Positions 45,574 through 59,589 of a stretch of DNA of 64,000 nt are shown here, one piece after another. Numbering within the stretch: the first letter of the stretch is position 1; each line of letters begins with the position of its first letter. The translations under genes and the position numbers were made by a program. The notes under the pieces were generated by a model. It was not told the origin of the DNA and did not search any database. It saw only the letters and a list, made by a program, of their open reading frames with translations. The stretch is taken from the NCBI RefSeq assembly GCF_009914755.1, contig NC_060938.1; one strand, given 5' to 3'. This DNA comes from the human T2T-CHM13v2.0 reference genome, Homo sapiens.

Positions 45574-46727
45574 GAGAGTCAGTGTGGTGCACTGAAATAT
45601 GAAGGAGACTCCAAAGTCTCATTCTGGCTGTGCCATTAACTAGCCAAAGAGAAAATCCACTGTTTTCTCACATGTAAACTTTTTGACTAGATAATCTGAA
45701 GTTTCTTACCTACATTCAAATTCTTTGCACCTGTATGAAGATCCCAGTGAATCTCAGTAGAACAAAGTTGCTGCCCAAACTGAAAATTGTCTTTTAGAAT
45801 ATTATCATACATCATTTCTGAAAATACCACACAATCAAGTTAACTTTTGATTGAAGTGCTTCAAAGCTTTTCAGTGAAGTTTAATACACAATATGGGTTG
45901 GTAAATTAATGCCAAATCAGTAGTTCAGAGATCTGTACGGCTTCCTGGAGAATGAAATGGCTTGAATTTGTAACTGGCATTAGGAAAGCTAGCAGTGCTA
46001 GAAAACTAAACTAACATTCACTTTTACTTCTTAAAGTTACTTCTTTAGATCTTCTCAGGGTCATATTGATTCCTTCTTTGTTGTTATTCAAATAGAAAGA
46101 GGTAACAAAATAACTTCTAGAGTGTATTTTTTGAAATAAACTTATATCTAGGAAATTCATAAACAAATATGATTAATAGAAGTATTCATTAGACATTAAT
46201 CAAATAGTGACTTCAACACTTTTAAAAATGTTTATTTCTGTCCACATGCTCTTCCCCTCTGATTTCTAATGTGTTTAATATTCTTCATAGTAATATTATG
46301 CAAGCTAAACTAACTGATATGTACTGCTTTGCTGAGAATTTCAATATTTTATAGCTTGATTAGAACCAGTGTTTCTTTTCTCAGAAAGAAAAAGGCTGAC
46401 AATGTTTAATAATTTTTTATAGAGCGTTTCCATGATTATTAGTGTTTTAAAAAAGGTCAGACATTTGAATAGGTTTCATAAGTCTTAAAAGCAGCAAAAG
46501 CTTTTGAATTGATTAATTTGGGCTACTAATTTTACAGAGTACTAGAAATAAAAGGATTTTGAATGATAGTATAATCCAGCTTTGATGGTATAATCCAACT
46601 CTCACACATTACAATGCCCACAAATTCTCTATGACTTGAAGTTATACTTAGCTGCAGTTATTTAATCAGTCATTCAAACCACTAATTTATTTATGTTTTC
46701 ATTTATTTATTCATCATTTGATGAATG

Positions 46728-47070
46728 AGGCAGTACAGCATAGTGGTTAATAGAATGGGCTTAAGTTAGAATCCTGGTTTCTCTATTATTAGTAGTGTGT
46801 GACCTTACTCAACTTCAGGAAAGCTTCTGTTTCCTCATTTTTAAGAAGGTGCTAATGGAAATGCCGACTTCTCAAATTTGTTTCAATGATTAAATAAGAC
46901 TGTATTTGTAAAACATTTAAAAGGAGTGCCTGACACATATAAATGGCTCAATAAATGTTAGTCCCTCATATATACCCATAAGGCTGTTATAAGGATTAAA
47001 TAGATGATGGGTATAAAGATTTCAGCCAAGTACCTGGCAAATAGAATCCATCAACAAAGGTGAGCTAGTA
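46728..47070 (+). mobile_element. MIR plus a second MIR 3' piece
   Basis: ggcagtacagcatagtggttaa...gtgtgacctt...agtgcctgacacatataaatggctcaataaatgttag. Confidence 0.75.
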
Positions 47071-50000
47071 TCATTAGGAAATATACACGTAGGTTTTGGG
47101 GACAAAAAGATGAATAAGTATCATTGACTTTTTAGAGTCCCTTCAGTCTTTATGTCTTATTTCTTTAGGAAAAACTAGGCTAGGAGAACACAATTCAGGT
47201 TCTCTCCAGATGCAGAAGATAACTAGAAAATGCTGAACAGAAAAATAACCAGAAGAGTTCATTATGGTTTTTTTCCAGAACGATTACTCAGTGGCTTGTC
47301 CCACAGATGAAAGATATTAACTCATCTTCATTTAGGAGCTTCAGACTAGGGGAAATAAAATTATGGAAGAGATGAAGTGGAGATAGATAAATCGTCTTTG
47401 AAGATAGACTTTAAAATTTTAATTTGTTTTAGAAAGGTTAATACTTAGAAGGGATTGACTAGAGTCTTAAATTAATGAGCAATGTGACTAAGGAGATAAA
47501 AGAAACACTAAATGCTACCAAGTCCCAAAAATTAAAAAGGGGGGTATCTTTGGAAATCTTATGGAGTTAAATTTGAGCAAATTAAGAGCATAATTTTCAT
47601 ACATAGAAGTTAATATAGCATAAAATTGATTATTTAAAGAAGTAGTACTGCTATACAGGATTCTGGGAAAATAATGAAAAGGTCATAAATAGTTATTCAG
47701 AGAAGCTGAGATAAAGGGTAACATCTTCCATATTCTTACAGGACTTCTCATGGGACTTTTGGCAACAAAGTCTATATTATATGGACTGAAAACCTAATCC
47801 AATAAGGTTATACTATGCTCCCATATTTTTTCCATTGCTAGTTAAGTGGATAATTGATTATTGTTATTATGATAAACCGGTGAGCTTTTATTGTAGTTTG
47901 GAGAATTTACATAGAAAAATTCTTTCTCCAGTTTAGCAATTCAGTATGTAAATCTCTCACAAGACATTCATGTTTAGGGTAAATCTAAAGCCTTCATAAT
48001 GCAACTGAAGCCATTTTTTGCTTTTGTCTCAGAGGATGTTGAATTCTATTGCTCTAATAGCTCTTAATGGGCAAAAAATAAAAGGAATAATATGATTTCT
48101 TCAGCCTTTTTTGCAAGGATGTTATTCTGTATTTATTTAATTATCTAGGTGGCTGTCAAAGGTTTCCATAGTTCTCAAATCAGAATATTCCATAGGGTTC
48201 TGAACTGTATGTATGGTCATTATTAAGTCCTGTAAATAAGCACATCTCATTGTACCTATGTCCTGAATCACTAAACATGTACTGCAAGATTATGTATTCT
48301 TCCAGATATGCATCTTTTAATGCTTTCATTATACCTTCAACTGATGCATTATTTAAAACTTTAATATGCCTCTCATGTTCCTGTTAATACATCCATCTCA
48401 GTGCAATTTTTAAACCATTGCATCTCATTTTACATTTTTCTTCATGCATCTCTGTGCTCACTTCCATTTAGCCATTTCATTATGCTTTCTCACTATAATG
48501 CTCCTTTTTATTAGTTTTGGATTTCTCCCTGAGAGTGGGGAGAGAGGTGTGCTTGCTTCCTCTCCTCTCGTCTTTAGTATGACCTCAGTAAGATTTTCTA
48601 ATTTTTTTGTAGCTATCCTCTCCTATCTGAGAGGATCTCCAGGGATCATTCTAGAAGTTTCTTTTCTGAGTGAATTTTCTGCTTTGGCTCTTTTTCATTC
48701 TTTACATGAACTGTTTGTTTTCTAAGGAAACTGCTCCTACATACTGTTTATTCAAAGCCCTCACAGACTATATTCTAGGAACTTCTGTGGCAGGAGAGGT
48801 GGGGGAGAGTGTTCATGTTTATTGTTTTACCAGGTATTTTAAGTTTCCTTGTATTCTAGCATTGTTGAATAAAAACTGACAGCATAGACTCTCTGTGTAC
48901 ATTACTTTGTGTGATCTATATTAAAAGAAAAAAGTGATGAGAAGGCAGCTCTTATTTATTTTTCACAACATTTCAAGCCAGTTTTATGTTTTGATTTGTC
49001 AGTCTTTTATTAGGTCCTAAATGGAACATATGAGGCAGAGAAAACACCTTTTCAATATTATTTGTTGATATTTTTCTCAAAGGCAGATGTCTAATATTCA
49101 TATTTCCCAGTAGACTTCTGGGAACCATCAAACGTGAATATGGGTGATAAGTAGGACCAAAGTGCTGCCCCCATTTTTTCCCCTTTGTAAGCCACCATGA
49201 TTCTTGAAATTACCAAAGCTAGTTATTGGTGAAACATTTTCTATGGTATCAATTAAAGGTTCAGACAAAAATTAGCATTAAATGATTAGGGAAATATAGC
49301 TGATTTTAAATGGTATCTGTCTGGCAATCTTTGGAGCCATCTCTTCTAACTTTCTTTTTAAAGTTTCATTTATTCACTTATTTCCTTATTCATTCATACT
49401 CACTGAATGTGTGACACATGCCATGTCTGTGATTTCTACCCAAATTGAAAAAAGATAGAATTTATATTATAGCCTTCAGTATAGTCAGACAGACACTGAA
49501 AGTCATTCTACTGATGAAAATGAAAGAATTTCTATTATTTGGAAGGACAATGAAGTTGCACGCAGAAAAACACTTAGTGATCTGTGTCTGCTACCTGAAT
49601 CAAGGCAGCCCTGTCAACCTGAAAGAAATTTGGAGGATATGTATTCTTCTGTCTATGTCTGCCTTTGGGTGAGGCCTGAGTTATCCTAAAGTTGGGCAGC
49701 TGTCCATCATCAGTAAGACACTTTTCAGTATCCATTTAGAAACAACATGCAGCTCAGGGTGTATTTCCCTCCTCCCCAGTAGGGGTCGTAGACTCTATGA
49801 TATAACTTGCTGGAGATGGTGGTTTTTGATGTGTTCCAGTGGAAACAGCAAATCATAAGATCCCAACGTGGCTAGAGAAGCTCTTCCTCCTGCAGAATGA
49901 CTCAGAGTGAACACTGATCACCCCAACACTGGAGGCTATGTCACTAGAGTCTAGCCTGAAGTCAAAATAGACTTTTTTTACTTCGTACTTCTAAGCATGT

Positions 50001-50206
50001 CAGCTTGCATTTTCATTATTTTATTATAGTAAACATAATTGTTTTATAATCTTTCTGATAATTCCTATCTGACATCTGCTGCTATTTGTTTTGTTTTGTT
50101 TTGTTTTTCCTTGCTGGTTCCTTGTTTTCTTTTGTGTGTCATTTTCATTCTATTTTTCTCAGTGTCCTTAAAAAATGATTTGCGGTGGTACTCCGCAACC
50201 TAGAAT

Positions 50207-50530
50207 TATATCATCTTAGTTTGGACTGAATAACAAAATACCATAGATTGTGTGGCTTAAACAACAAATGTTTACTTCTCACAGTTCTGGAGGTTGAGAA
50301 GTCAAGCTCAGGGTGCCAACAGATTCACTGTGTGGTGAGGGTCTTCTTGGTTTGCAGACTAGCACCTTCTCACTATATCCTCACATGGCAAAGGGAAAGA
50401 GATCATCTCTTTCGTTTCTTTCTTTCTTTTTTTTTTTTTTTTTTTAACTTTCAAAGGTCCCAGCTCTAAATTCCATAATCTTGGGGATTAGAGCGTCAAC
50501 ATATCCATTTTGGAGAGTCAGTTCATAGAA
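50207..50530 (-). mobile_element. MLT1A-type LTR (internally deleted)
   Basis: aacaaaataccatagattgtgtggcttaaacaac...ctcacagttctggagg. Confidence 0.75.
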
Positions 50531-50568
50531 GATGGTGTCTTCCTCTAGAAAGAATGTGGATTGCCTTT

Positions 50569-50925
50569 TGTTTTAGTGTCTTGAGGCTCCTATAATAAAA
50601 TACCTTATCCTGAGTAGCTTATAAACAGCATAAATTTATTTCTCATAGTTATGAAAGCTGGAAAGTCTAAGGTCAAGGCTTAGATCTGGGGTCTTGTGAG
50701 GGCCCCTTCTTCATAAACAGCACCTTCTTGCTGTATCCTCATTTGGTGGAAAGAACTAGCTAACCCTCTGGGGTCTCTTTTACCAGGGTACTAATTCTAT
50801 TCCTAAGGGGGCAGCCCTCACGACCTAATCACCTCCCAGAGACCCCACCTTCTAATACCATTACCTTCAGAAGTAAAATTTCAACATATGTGTTTTGGGG
50901 GGATACAAATATTCAGACCATAGCA
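50569..50925 (-). mobile_element. MLT1A1/MSTC-type LTR
   Basis: gcttataaacagcataaatttatttctcatag...cctaatcacctcccaga...attcagaccatagca. Confidence 0.78.
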
Positions 50926-52689
50926 GTTTCTGCCAGATGCTGAGCGCACTCAGGGACCAGTTTAAACCAAGTTTACAGATTCAGGTTTCCTTGACCAGGC
51001 AGAATATGTATATATGAATGGCCAGCTTGTGTAAAGTTTGGATTATGGCCACTGCCACTGATTCTAAGGGATTTTTTTTCTTATTTTTGCATCTGTGACA
51101 CAGCTATGATTTTTGAGTGTCTGTGGCAGGAAGGAAACAAACAAAACTCCCCACAATCTTAATTTTTGTAAGCCACTAAATTTTGAGGTTGTTTGATTAA
51201 CTTGGGCTAAGCTGAGAATAATGAGAATGCTATACAAAAATTTTTGTTCAGGGATTTTTACCTTTATTTTTTAGTAGTGTAAAAAGAGTTTCATTAAATT
51301 AACAAGAGGTTTTAAAATTAATTATTCATCAACAAGATAGAACACTAAACATTCATTAAAAATTCTGTGTTGGAAGAATAATTATGGAAGCAATGCTCAT
51401 GATATTATTAATCAAAAGCACTTTACCTTGTAGTATGTATCACATGATTCTATCTGGGTAAAATGAAAATAAATTAAATGTATATTTCCTTTTCACATTT
51501 TTTTACATTTTCCAATTGTACAATAGTCATGAGTGACTTTTATGTTCAAAAATAAAATGCCTTCTTTTTAATGCCATCTTCTATTTTCCTAAGCAAAATT
51601 TAGTATCTTTCCTCTCTGAATATGTGTTGTTCTGTATCACTTTGTTTAGAGATAAGATTTTATTTTATCCTGTCAATCTCTTAAACAATAAAAACCATAT
51701 CTATCTAACATTATTAGGAGAATCAAAAGAGATAATTCTTATAAAGCAATGAGCATAATGTCTTGCATATAGTAACCACTGAATAATTTGTTTTTATGAT
51801 CTTGGCAGTTTTAGAGATGGATATAATTTTAAGTCTTTTGGCAAAAGTGGAGTGGCAGGATGATTTTTTGGGTGAGCACTTACTCCTCTTTGCTCCTGGA
51901 AAGTTATCATTTCTTGCAAGTGAGTCTTCATCTTCTCATCGGGAGTTTCAGAACCCAGATTCTTGAATACACACATGCACTACCCATTTCCAGTATGCTC
52001 CACTGGAAGGTGCTGCTAATGTAAAAGACACGATTAACATACGATTCATGGGAGATGAATCAAAAACAGTTTTTGTTGTCTTCAATAGTCTCTTAAAAAT
52101 GTATTCAGTAAGAGCATCTTTTTTCTTGCCACTAGATTACTTTTCTTCTTACTCATAGATAATGAATAGTTTAAGTCTAGAAACATATTTTCAATTTAGA
52201 AACTTTCATTGTCCAATCCAAAACAAATTAGCATTTCATTCTTCATTCAGAAGAATGGCTTCTCTGTGTCCTCCTTTAGTTAATGCTGAAAGTTTGATTT
52301 GGCAATTGCCCACTTTTGGGGAAGGAGCTATATTTGTCTTTTTGTTTCCCCTCTGTACATGCTCACTGGCTACTTTTTAGACACCATCATGATCCACAAT
52401 CTCCTCTTGGAAATTCCTCTTCACATTCTAATCACCTTTTAGATTCTTGGTCTAGCTGAGGGTTCCAAAAGTGACAGAAACATTTGTTGAATATTTCCTT
52501 GTAAATTCTGTATTTTGCCTTGGCACTTCACTTTGGTATGCAAGCATGATTGTGTCTTGGTGGCCGGATGAGCATTTCGGTGCTGACATCCTTTTATATG
52601 ACTGTTTTAAGGAAATGGTAGAGCACAGCAGTGAGACAAAGGCGTTGGGAGGAGCAGAACTCTAGCAGTGCTGGAAAGCCGACGGGAAG

Positions 52690-52890
52690 TAGTAAACTTA
52701 GTGGTTAAAAACACATATTTTAGAACTCAGGTAAGCTCTTCCACTGATTAGCTATAATTTCGGGCAAGTAAATTAACTTTAGATTTCTCATCTGTAAAAT
52801 AGGATAATAATAGTGCCTGTCCTATAGTCTGTTATGAGGATTGCATGGGATAATGCATGTAAAGAATTAGCACAGTGTCTGGCATATGGC
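52690..52890 (+). mobile_element. MIR
   Basis: ttctcatctgtaaaataggataataatagtgcc...agcacagtgtctggcata. Confidence 0.8.
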
Positions 52891-54849
52891 ATGATAACAG
52901 GCCATAAACAGATTTAGCAAATATTGTCAAAATAACATGATGATGTCCTTGTGGCTTTGCAACTTTGAAGTTGTTTCAGGTAGTATCCTAAAGTCTGTCT
53001 GCTTCTGAAAGCCACCCTCTCCTCACACTTTTTACCTGACACTGACAACTATATTTATCTATAGTTCCCATTGCTATAGAAATAGAAAGTCTCCATCTAT
53101 TAGAGCTTTTAGCCCAAGGAACACTTGAGACTTGGTTCAGGTGGAGTCTGAGACCTGGCTTGGTTATCTCAAGATCATTATCTCCCCATTAACATGACTT
53201 TAGGTGTGATTCTACACTTCCCCCTAACTCCCAGCTATAATCCATATGATTTTCTTCTCAGCCTTGATACTAAAATGGCCTTGGATAACTTTTCCTCTCT
53301 GCTTTCTTTTCTGAATTCTGCCTCATAGTCTAAAACCATACCACATTGATTTGACTAAAATGCTAGCCTTTTCATTTAGAATATTTTTACGTGTTTCTAT
53401 AATGCTCTTTCTAAATCACAAAGCAATTTTGTCATTAAATCATGTATGCTCTCTTTAGTTCCACTTCAAAATGGCTTTCCCAGAGTCAGATGAAAGTCTT
53501 CAAAATGACTTCTGACAACTATCAAAGAAAAATGGCATTCTTGCCACCACGTTGTTTCTAATCTATGAGAAAAGGGTGACAGGCATTGAAGAAAGAATGT
53601 AACCACTTTCACTAGAGGATTGCTAATTTAGTAAAGTTATCAAAACTCCCCAAATCATCAGTTAAAATATTTTTTCAAGATTTTTGTCATCCAACTTGTT
53701 TCACACATACTTTGTGTGTGGAGGTGGGGGTGAGGTAGGGATTGGGGGGGTAGGGTAGGGTAGGGGTAGCTTCTTATTTCCAAATAATCAAGCCTAAACA
53801 TCTATTGACACTAAATTAGAACACCCTATATTTGGATCAGAGGCATGGCATGGTGGTTCATTTTCACATTAAAAAATGTGTGATGGTTAATGGATGTGAT
53901 GATATGCATCTTTTTAAGCACCTGAGAAAATGTCTTTAAGCTACTGTTTTCTTTCAACTTTAGCTGCTGGAAATATGCAAAATTTTAAATTTTACAGGTG
54001 TATTAAAAGATACATTTAAGATTAGTATCTGTATAATAGACCAAGATATTTGTAATTTTTCTTTCCAAGTTTTCTCCATTTTTTTCATTGATACAGTGGA
54101 GAAAGAACCTTGGCATTTGGGTGCATTGCAGTTGCCTCTATTATCTGATTCAGTGTGATCTAATAATAAAATATAGACTATGTTAGCCGCACCACCATCA
54201 TAGAATTTCAAGGAATAAGAAGTAGCAGGACTTAGGGAATATTACAATCTAATAGAGGCCAGTGAATCTTTTATAAATGAATGACTATTCATGTAAAAAT
54301 ATTTGCCTTAATTTTGTGTTAATAGTATGAGAAATGATGCTCAAAAATTCCTAATATTTGGGGAATCTGTATTCTAGGGTTCTGCCCTTGCACTTGTGTC
54401 TCTCAGGCACGTGGGTTTCTGTAGCAAAACAAAGGGCGGCAAAATTGAGTAGGAGGTAACATGATACTTTGCAACTTTTTTCAGGGCAGTAATACTTAGA
54501 ATGATTTTCCTCTATGATTTTGCTTCACTATGATTTTGCTTAGGTATGGTTTACTTTGTATTTATCTTTCTTGAGTTTCATACTTTTTGAATCTTTGACT
54601 TGACATTTTTCTTCATTTTTGAAAAATTATTGGATATTGTCTTCTCAAATATTACCTCTACCTTTTTTTCTACCTATGCCTCCTGGAACTCCAATTATGT
54701 TCATGCAACAACCTTTTCATTGTGTTCTATAAGTCCCTTTCCTTTTCTCTATAATTTCTAATCCCTTTTCTTTAACTGTTTCAATATGTATATCCAGTTC
54801 ACTGATCTTTTCTCTGGCTGTGTTCAACTTGCTGGAAAAGGAATTTTTT

Positions 54850-55700
54850 CCAAATATTTGTTAATTCACAAAATATGGAGAAACTGCTATATGTCAGGAA
54901 CTATTTTAGGCATTGGGGGTGCATTAGTGAACAAAACATATAAATCCTGCCCTGGTAAAACTTATATTCTGTGGCGGGACACAGACTATAAATAAAAAGT
55001 ATAAGTAAGTATTTTATGCAGTACTTTAGAAAGTGTTGATTACTGTGGAAAAAATAGAACATGGTAAATGTCACCAAATCAGGCCTCATCAAGAAGGTGA
55101 CATTTGAGCAAAGGCTTGAAGGAGATGATAGAGTGAGCGACAATGGGACAAGCAGTACAGAGAGCCTATGCTTTAACAGGATCACTCTGGCTGCTGTTGA
55201 GAAGAGATTATGAGGTCAAGACTGAGAGCAATAGACAAATTAAGGGCTACTGAACCAGAAGTAGCAGCAGATATGGTGAGAAGAGACTGGATTCTGAAAA
55301 TATTTTGATTATAAGACTAACAGGATGTGCCAGTTGACTGGGTAATGTGAGAAAAAGAGAGATGTTGAGGTGGATTCCAAGCTTTTTTGCCAGTAGCTGA
55401 TACAGAGAAGTGTGACGGGAAGACAGGAGTTCACTTTGCAGCATATATTTGAGTTATAAAACACTCAAATGCCCGTGTAATTAGGCAAGTCATCACACTC
55501 TCAGCCACTTCACCCAGTTTTATTGCTCATTAATCTTATTAATTTTTTCATGTGTTGTTTATTGTTTGTTTGACTATTAGAATGTGAGTTACAAGAAAGC
55601 AGGGATCTTTTCCAACTTGTGTACCACCGGATCTTAGAATGTTTCTTGGCAAAAAAGTATGTGCTTTATAAATATTTATTGAATTAATTAATGAATGCAT
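54850..55700. mobile_element. L2 fragments
   Basis: gaaggtgacatttgagcaaaggcttgaagga, gatcactctggctgctg, and an L2 3' end ...aaatatttattgaattaattaatgaat. Confidence 0.7.
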
Positions 55701-55869
55701 ACAGTTTTCCAAATTTGCAGTGGGTAGATTGATACTTGCATTGCTGAATTCTTCACTGTAGTTGCGAAGGTTAAATAGCATATAAAAACACAAGCAGAAT
55801 ATAGACATAAATGCCTCTATATCTCTGTGACTTTTAAAATTAATGTTGATTTCTGTATGGCTTAAAAAG

Positions 55870-56120
55870 CAGGCTGGCATAGTGATTTAAAGCACAGGCT
55901 TTGGAGCCAGAAAGACCTTGATTTGAATCCTAGTGAAGCTATTTTCTAATTGAATAACTTTGGGAAAATTGATTAATTTTCTGTGCCCTTTGTTTCTTCT
56001 ATAACTTGGGAATAATGATATTATCCTTAGTTTTTTGGTAACTATTCAATAAAATTATGCTCATAAAGGGTATGTGAGACATAGTAATTGTTCAAAGTCA
56101 GTTATGATTATTATTATTAT
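55870..56120 (+). mobile_element. MIR
   Basis: gcacaggctttggagccaga...tttgaatcct. Confidence 0.7.
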
Positions 56121-58619
56121 TCTGTCTCCTAGTTGATATACCTGACTGGGAATATTTATAATGTTTACAAGGCACCATTATATGTCTTCTATGCAGACCT
56201 CATGTTCTGTCTATTGCATCTTGTTTTTTTTTTCTCCTATCCGGTAGAACTTTCCTTTTATCAGCCTCTTCATTCCAAAATTTACTCCATACCGCACAGT
56301 TTTGGATGATGGTATTTTCTAAGGACTAAAGATTAATGGAAAGGACAGCTAGGGACAAAAGTAGCCAGACATGTTAGGCAATAGAATTGAGCAAAAGTCA
56401 GTTACCTGACATTAAATTCAGGTGTAGGGGCTTTTCATTTCAAAACCAGTAAACCTGCCAGAATTCTTAAGGAAAAAGAAGTCCCAAAGGTGAAGTTCTG
56501 TCTTCTTTGCTTTACACAGTTACAGGTGGGAAAATCAGTGAGGTGGTATAATCACACAGAAAGGATTAATGCCACATGAATATTCTCCTATGATTGTGTA
56601 GCTGGTGAGCCTCCTTATGCTTATTCTCAGAAGGCTGTCTTGATAACTTTGCCTTACAAACCTCTAATGAGTGAGTGACAGAGGATGAGGGAAAGTGGAG
56701 GAGAGGGCAGCAAGTGAAGGCTGATCTACTGCCAATAACTAGCCAGGCTCTGAGCAGGGATCTACCCATTGGGAGCAAGCCTGGAAAAGCGCATTAGGAC
56801 TTTTTCTGGAGGGTAAGCTGTAAACTGTCAGCCATAGCTGTTTTAAATGACTAGCAAACACCTCCAGGGTCTCCTTTGTCCTTTGAAGGAAGATTATTTT
56901 TGGTTTAAAGTTTGGAGTAGTAAAGCCATGTACAATGTAGTGTGTAAATGAAACAGTAAAACTAACTTTGGCATACAACAATTTAGTGGAAATTGATGAA
57001 TATCACTAATGCTATTTGGCACTTTTTAAGAAGGTCCTTGTCAAGGGGCTTTATAATTTAAACAAAAAAGTGCTCTGTCCTTGTAAATTATATTCTGGTG
57101 AACTCTCTAGTAAAATGCTAATTATTTTTCAGGTGCCAAAAAAAAGACAGAATACAGGAGCCGGGATGGTATGCACAGCAGGGACAGAGGTGCTCTTAGT
57201 GGAAGCTGGATCTGGGGCTCATGGGTCTGCCTGTCCATCATGTTGACAGCAGTAATTAAGCTTTCTAGACACAATGCAGTCAACTAAGTGTGTTAATTTT
57301 TTAATGCAACACTGCAGAATGATACAATGGAGGGCATTATAGCAAAGGATAAACTTCCTACCCTAAGATGCTGGTGCCCTGAGAGGAGTTAATGGCATAA
57401 CAGAACAAATACCAGTTTGCTGTGTGCTCATTAAATTTTAAAAAACTTAACAGGGAATATAGAGATAGAAAGTAATAAAATGAGATAATTTTACCTTCTG
57501 AATTTTTTTTAACTTTTCTTGTGTTGCCACAGGTACTCAGCATTACCTGCATGAAATACGTCAAGGAATAGCTGCTCTGTTAGCTATGTAATTGGGCACT
57601 GTAATTCACTTGTCCTTTTCCTTCCTCCCTCTGACTCTTAACTACCCCATCTTACTAAGACAAAGGCAAATCATATATGGGTCCATTAATTTGGACACAG
57701 AAAAAGTTGGAAGTCTGGCATTTCTTCCATTTACTTCGGACAGTGATGGCTAACTTTCAGAGGTTCTTGTGCTCATGTTGTTTAGCTGGAAGAGACAAAA
57801 TGATCATGCTGACTCAAAAGATTGAATGTGGGCCAAGGACCCAGGAGAATGCTCAGAGTTCTGTGACCTCTCCGAAATTACAGCAGTATTTCAATGTATG
57901 AACATGTTGGAATTTTTCTGAAAAGTTTTAAACTTTCAGCCCTTTGAAATTATATTCAGTATTTTGATGTATAGACATGTTTGAATTCTTCTGAAAAGTT
58001 TTTAACTTTCTGTATATTTTCAAATGTGTCCATAAACCTGTAACAGTTAATGCGTCTGGTTTGCATGCCCTTACACACTCCTTTGTACATATTCAAATTC
58101 CACACATCTTCCAAAATCAAATCTCATTGTTCATGAACTTTCCGTAACTATTCTGACTCACAATGCATACTTCCATCTCAGAACTTGAATGAAAAAAGTA
58201 CAACTGTTGTAAGTGTCCCCAGAGAAAGTTATTTGGTGTGTGAGAGAAAGGAAATGAGGATGGGATGTGGTTAAGGGGTCAGGAAAGTCTTCCTGGGGAA
58301 GTGATGCTGGAGCTGAGGTCTGAAGGAAGGTCAGCAAGGAACAAGGAAGAGAGAGAGAAGAGTAGATGCTTAAGGCACATTTTAAACTGATGACTAGAGT
58401 TGATTTGGCGATGGTTGGTTGAAGAAAATTTTCAGATATTCATTATGAAAATGGTTGTTTCCCTTTCACATATAAATACTAGAGCTAGGGGCTAGGACTA
58501 TGACAAGACAGTCTTGCACACAATTGTGTAGATTCTGCCTACTTGGGGTAACATCTCACTTTGCAATTGAGAATATTTTGTGTGACTGTGTTTTCTTCTA
58601 AATTTATAGTTTCTTTTAG

Positions 58620-58745
58620 GTAAACGTCTAGGTCTACTCCTGAGATTCTGAATTATGTCATTGATGGGGCCCAGGCATTGGCACTTTTCAAAAACTCCCC
58701 AAGTGATTTTAGTGAGAAGCCAATGTTGACAACTACTGTTAGAAA
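58620..58745. mobile_element. MER5A-type DNA transposon relic
   Basis: gagattctga...tggggcccaggcattggcacttttcaaaaactccccaagtgattttagtg. Confidence 0.65.
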
Positions 58746-59270
58746 GCCACCAAAGAAACATTAACAGGATTTACAAATTATAATACCCAGTGTTGACAAG
58801 GGCATAGGACACGGATACTCTCTAACACTGCAGCTGAGAGTTTAAATCACTGTGAACTTTCTAGAAGACTATTTGATAATACATTTCAAACACTATACAA
58901 TTTCGTATTTTTTTCCCCTAGCAATTCTGCTTAAGGAGTCTACACTAAAGAAACCATTTAGTATATGGACCAAGATTTTATACAAGGTTGCTCTTCAGAG
59001 TGTTTCTATGACAAAGGCTGATTGAAAACAATTTAAAACCCTGGCAAGAGGGGATTAGTTAAATTAGTCAATTCTTTTTAGCAGTTCTTTTTATAATGAT
59101 ATACAACTACTAGAGATGATATAGCAAAATGCTTAGTGATATGTGGAAGTGTTCAAGGTATAAAGTGAGGAAAGCAGTTACAAAGTAGTATGTATAATGC
59201 CTGTACTAAAGAAAGAATTGGAAAAGCCACAACAAAGTATTTAACTATATCACTGTTAAATAATATTTTA

Positions 59271-59570
59271 GGCCCGGGGCGGTGGCTCACGCCTGTAATC
59301 CCAGCACTTTGGGAGGCCAAGGCGGGTGGATCACCTGAGGTCAGGAATTCGAGGCCATACTGGCCAGTGTGGTGAAACCCTGTCTCTACTAAAAATACAA
59401 CAATTAGCTGGGTGTTGTGGCAGGTGCCTGTAATCCCAGCCGCTTGGGAGGCTGAGGCAGAAGAATTGCTTGAACCTGGGAGGCGGAGGTTACAGTGAGC
59501 CTAGATTGCTTCCCCTGCACTCCAGCCTGGGTGACAGAGCGAGACTTCATCTCAAAATAATAATAATAAT
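59271..59570 (+). mobile_element. AluSx-like
   Basis: Full dimeric Alu with ggatcacctgaggtcagg and an (AAT)n tail. Confidence 0.95.
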
Positions 59571-59589
59571 ACTACTATTTCAGATGATT

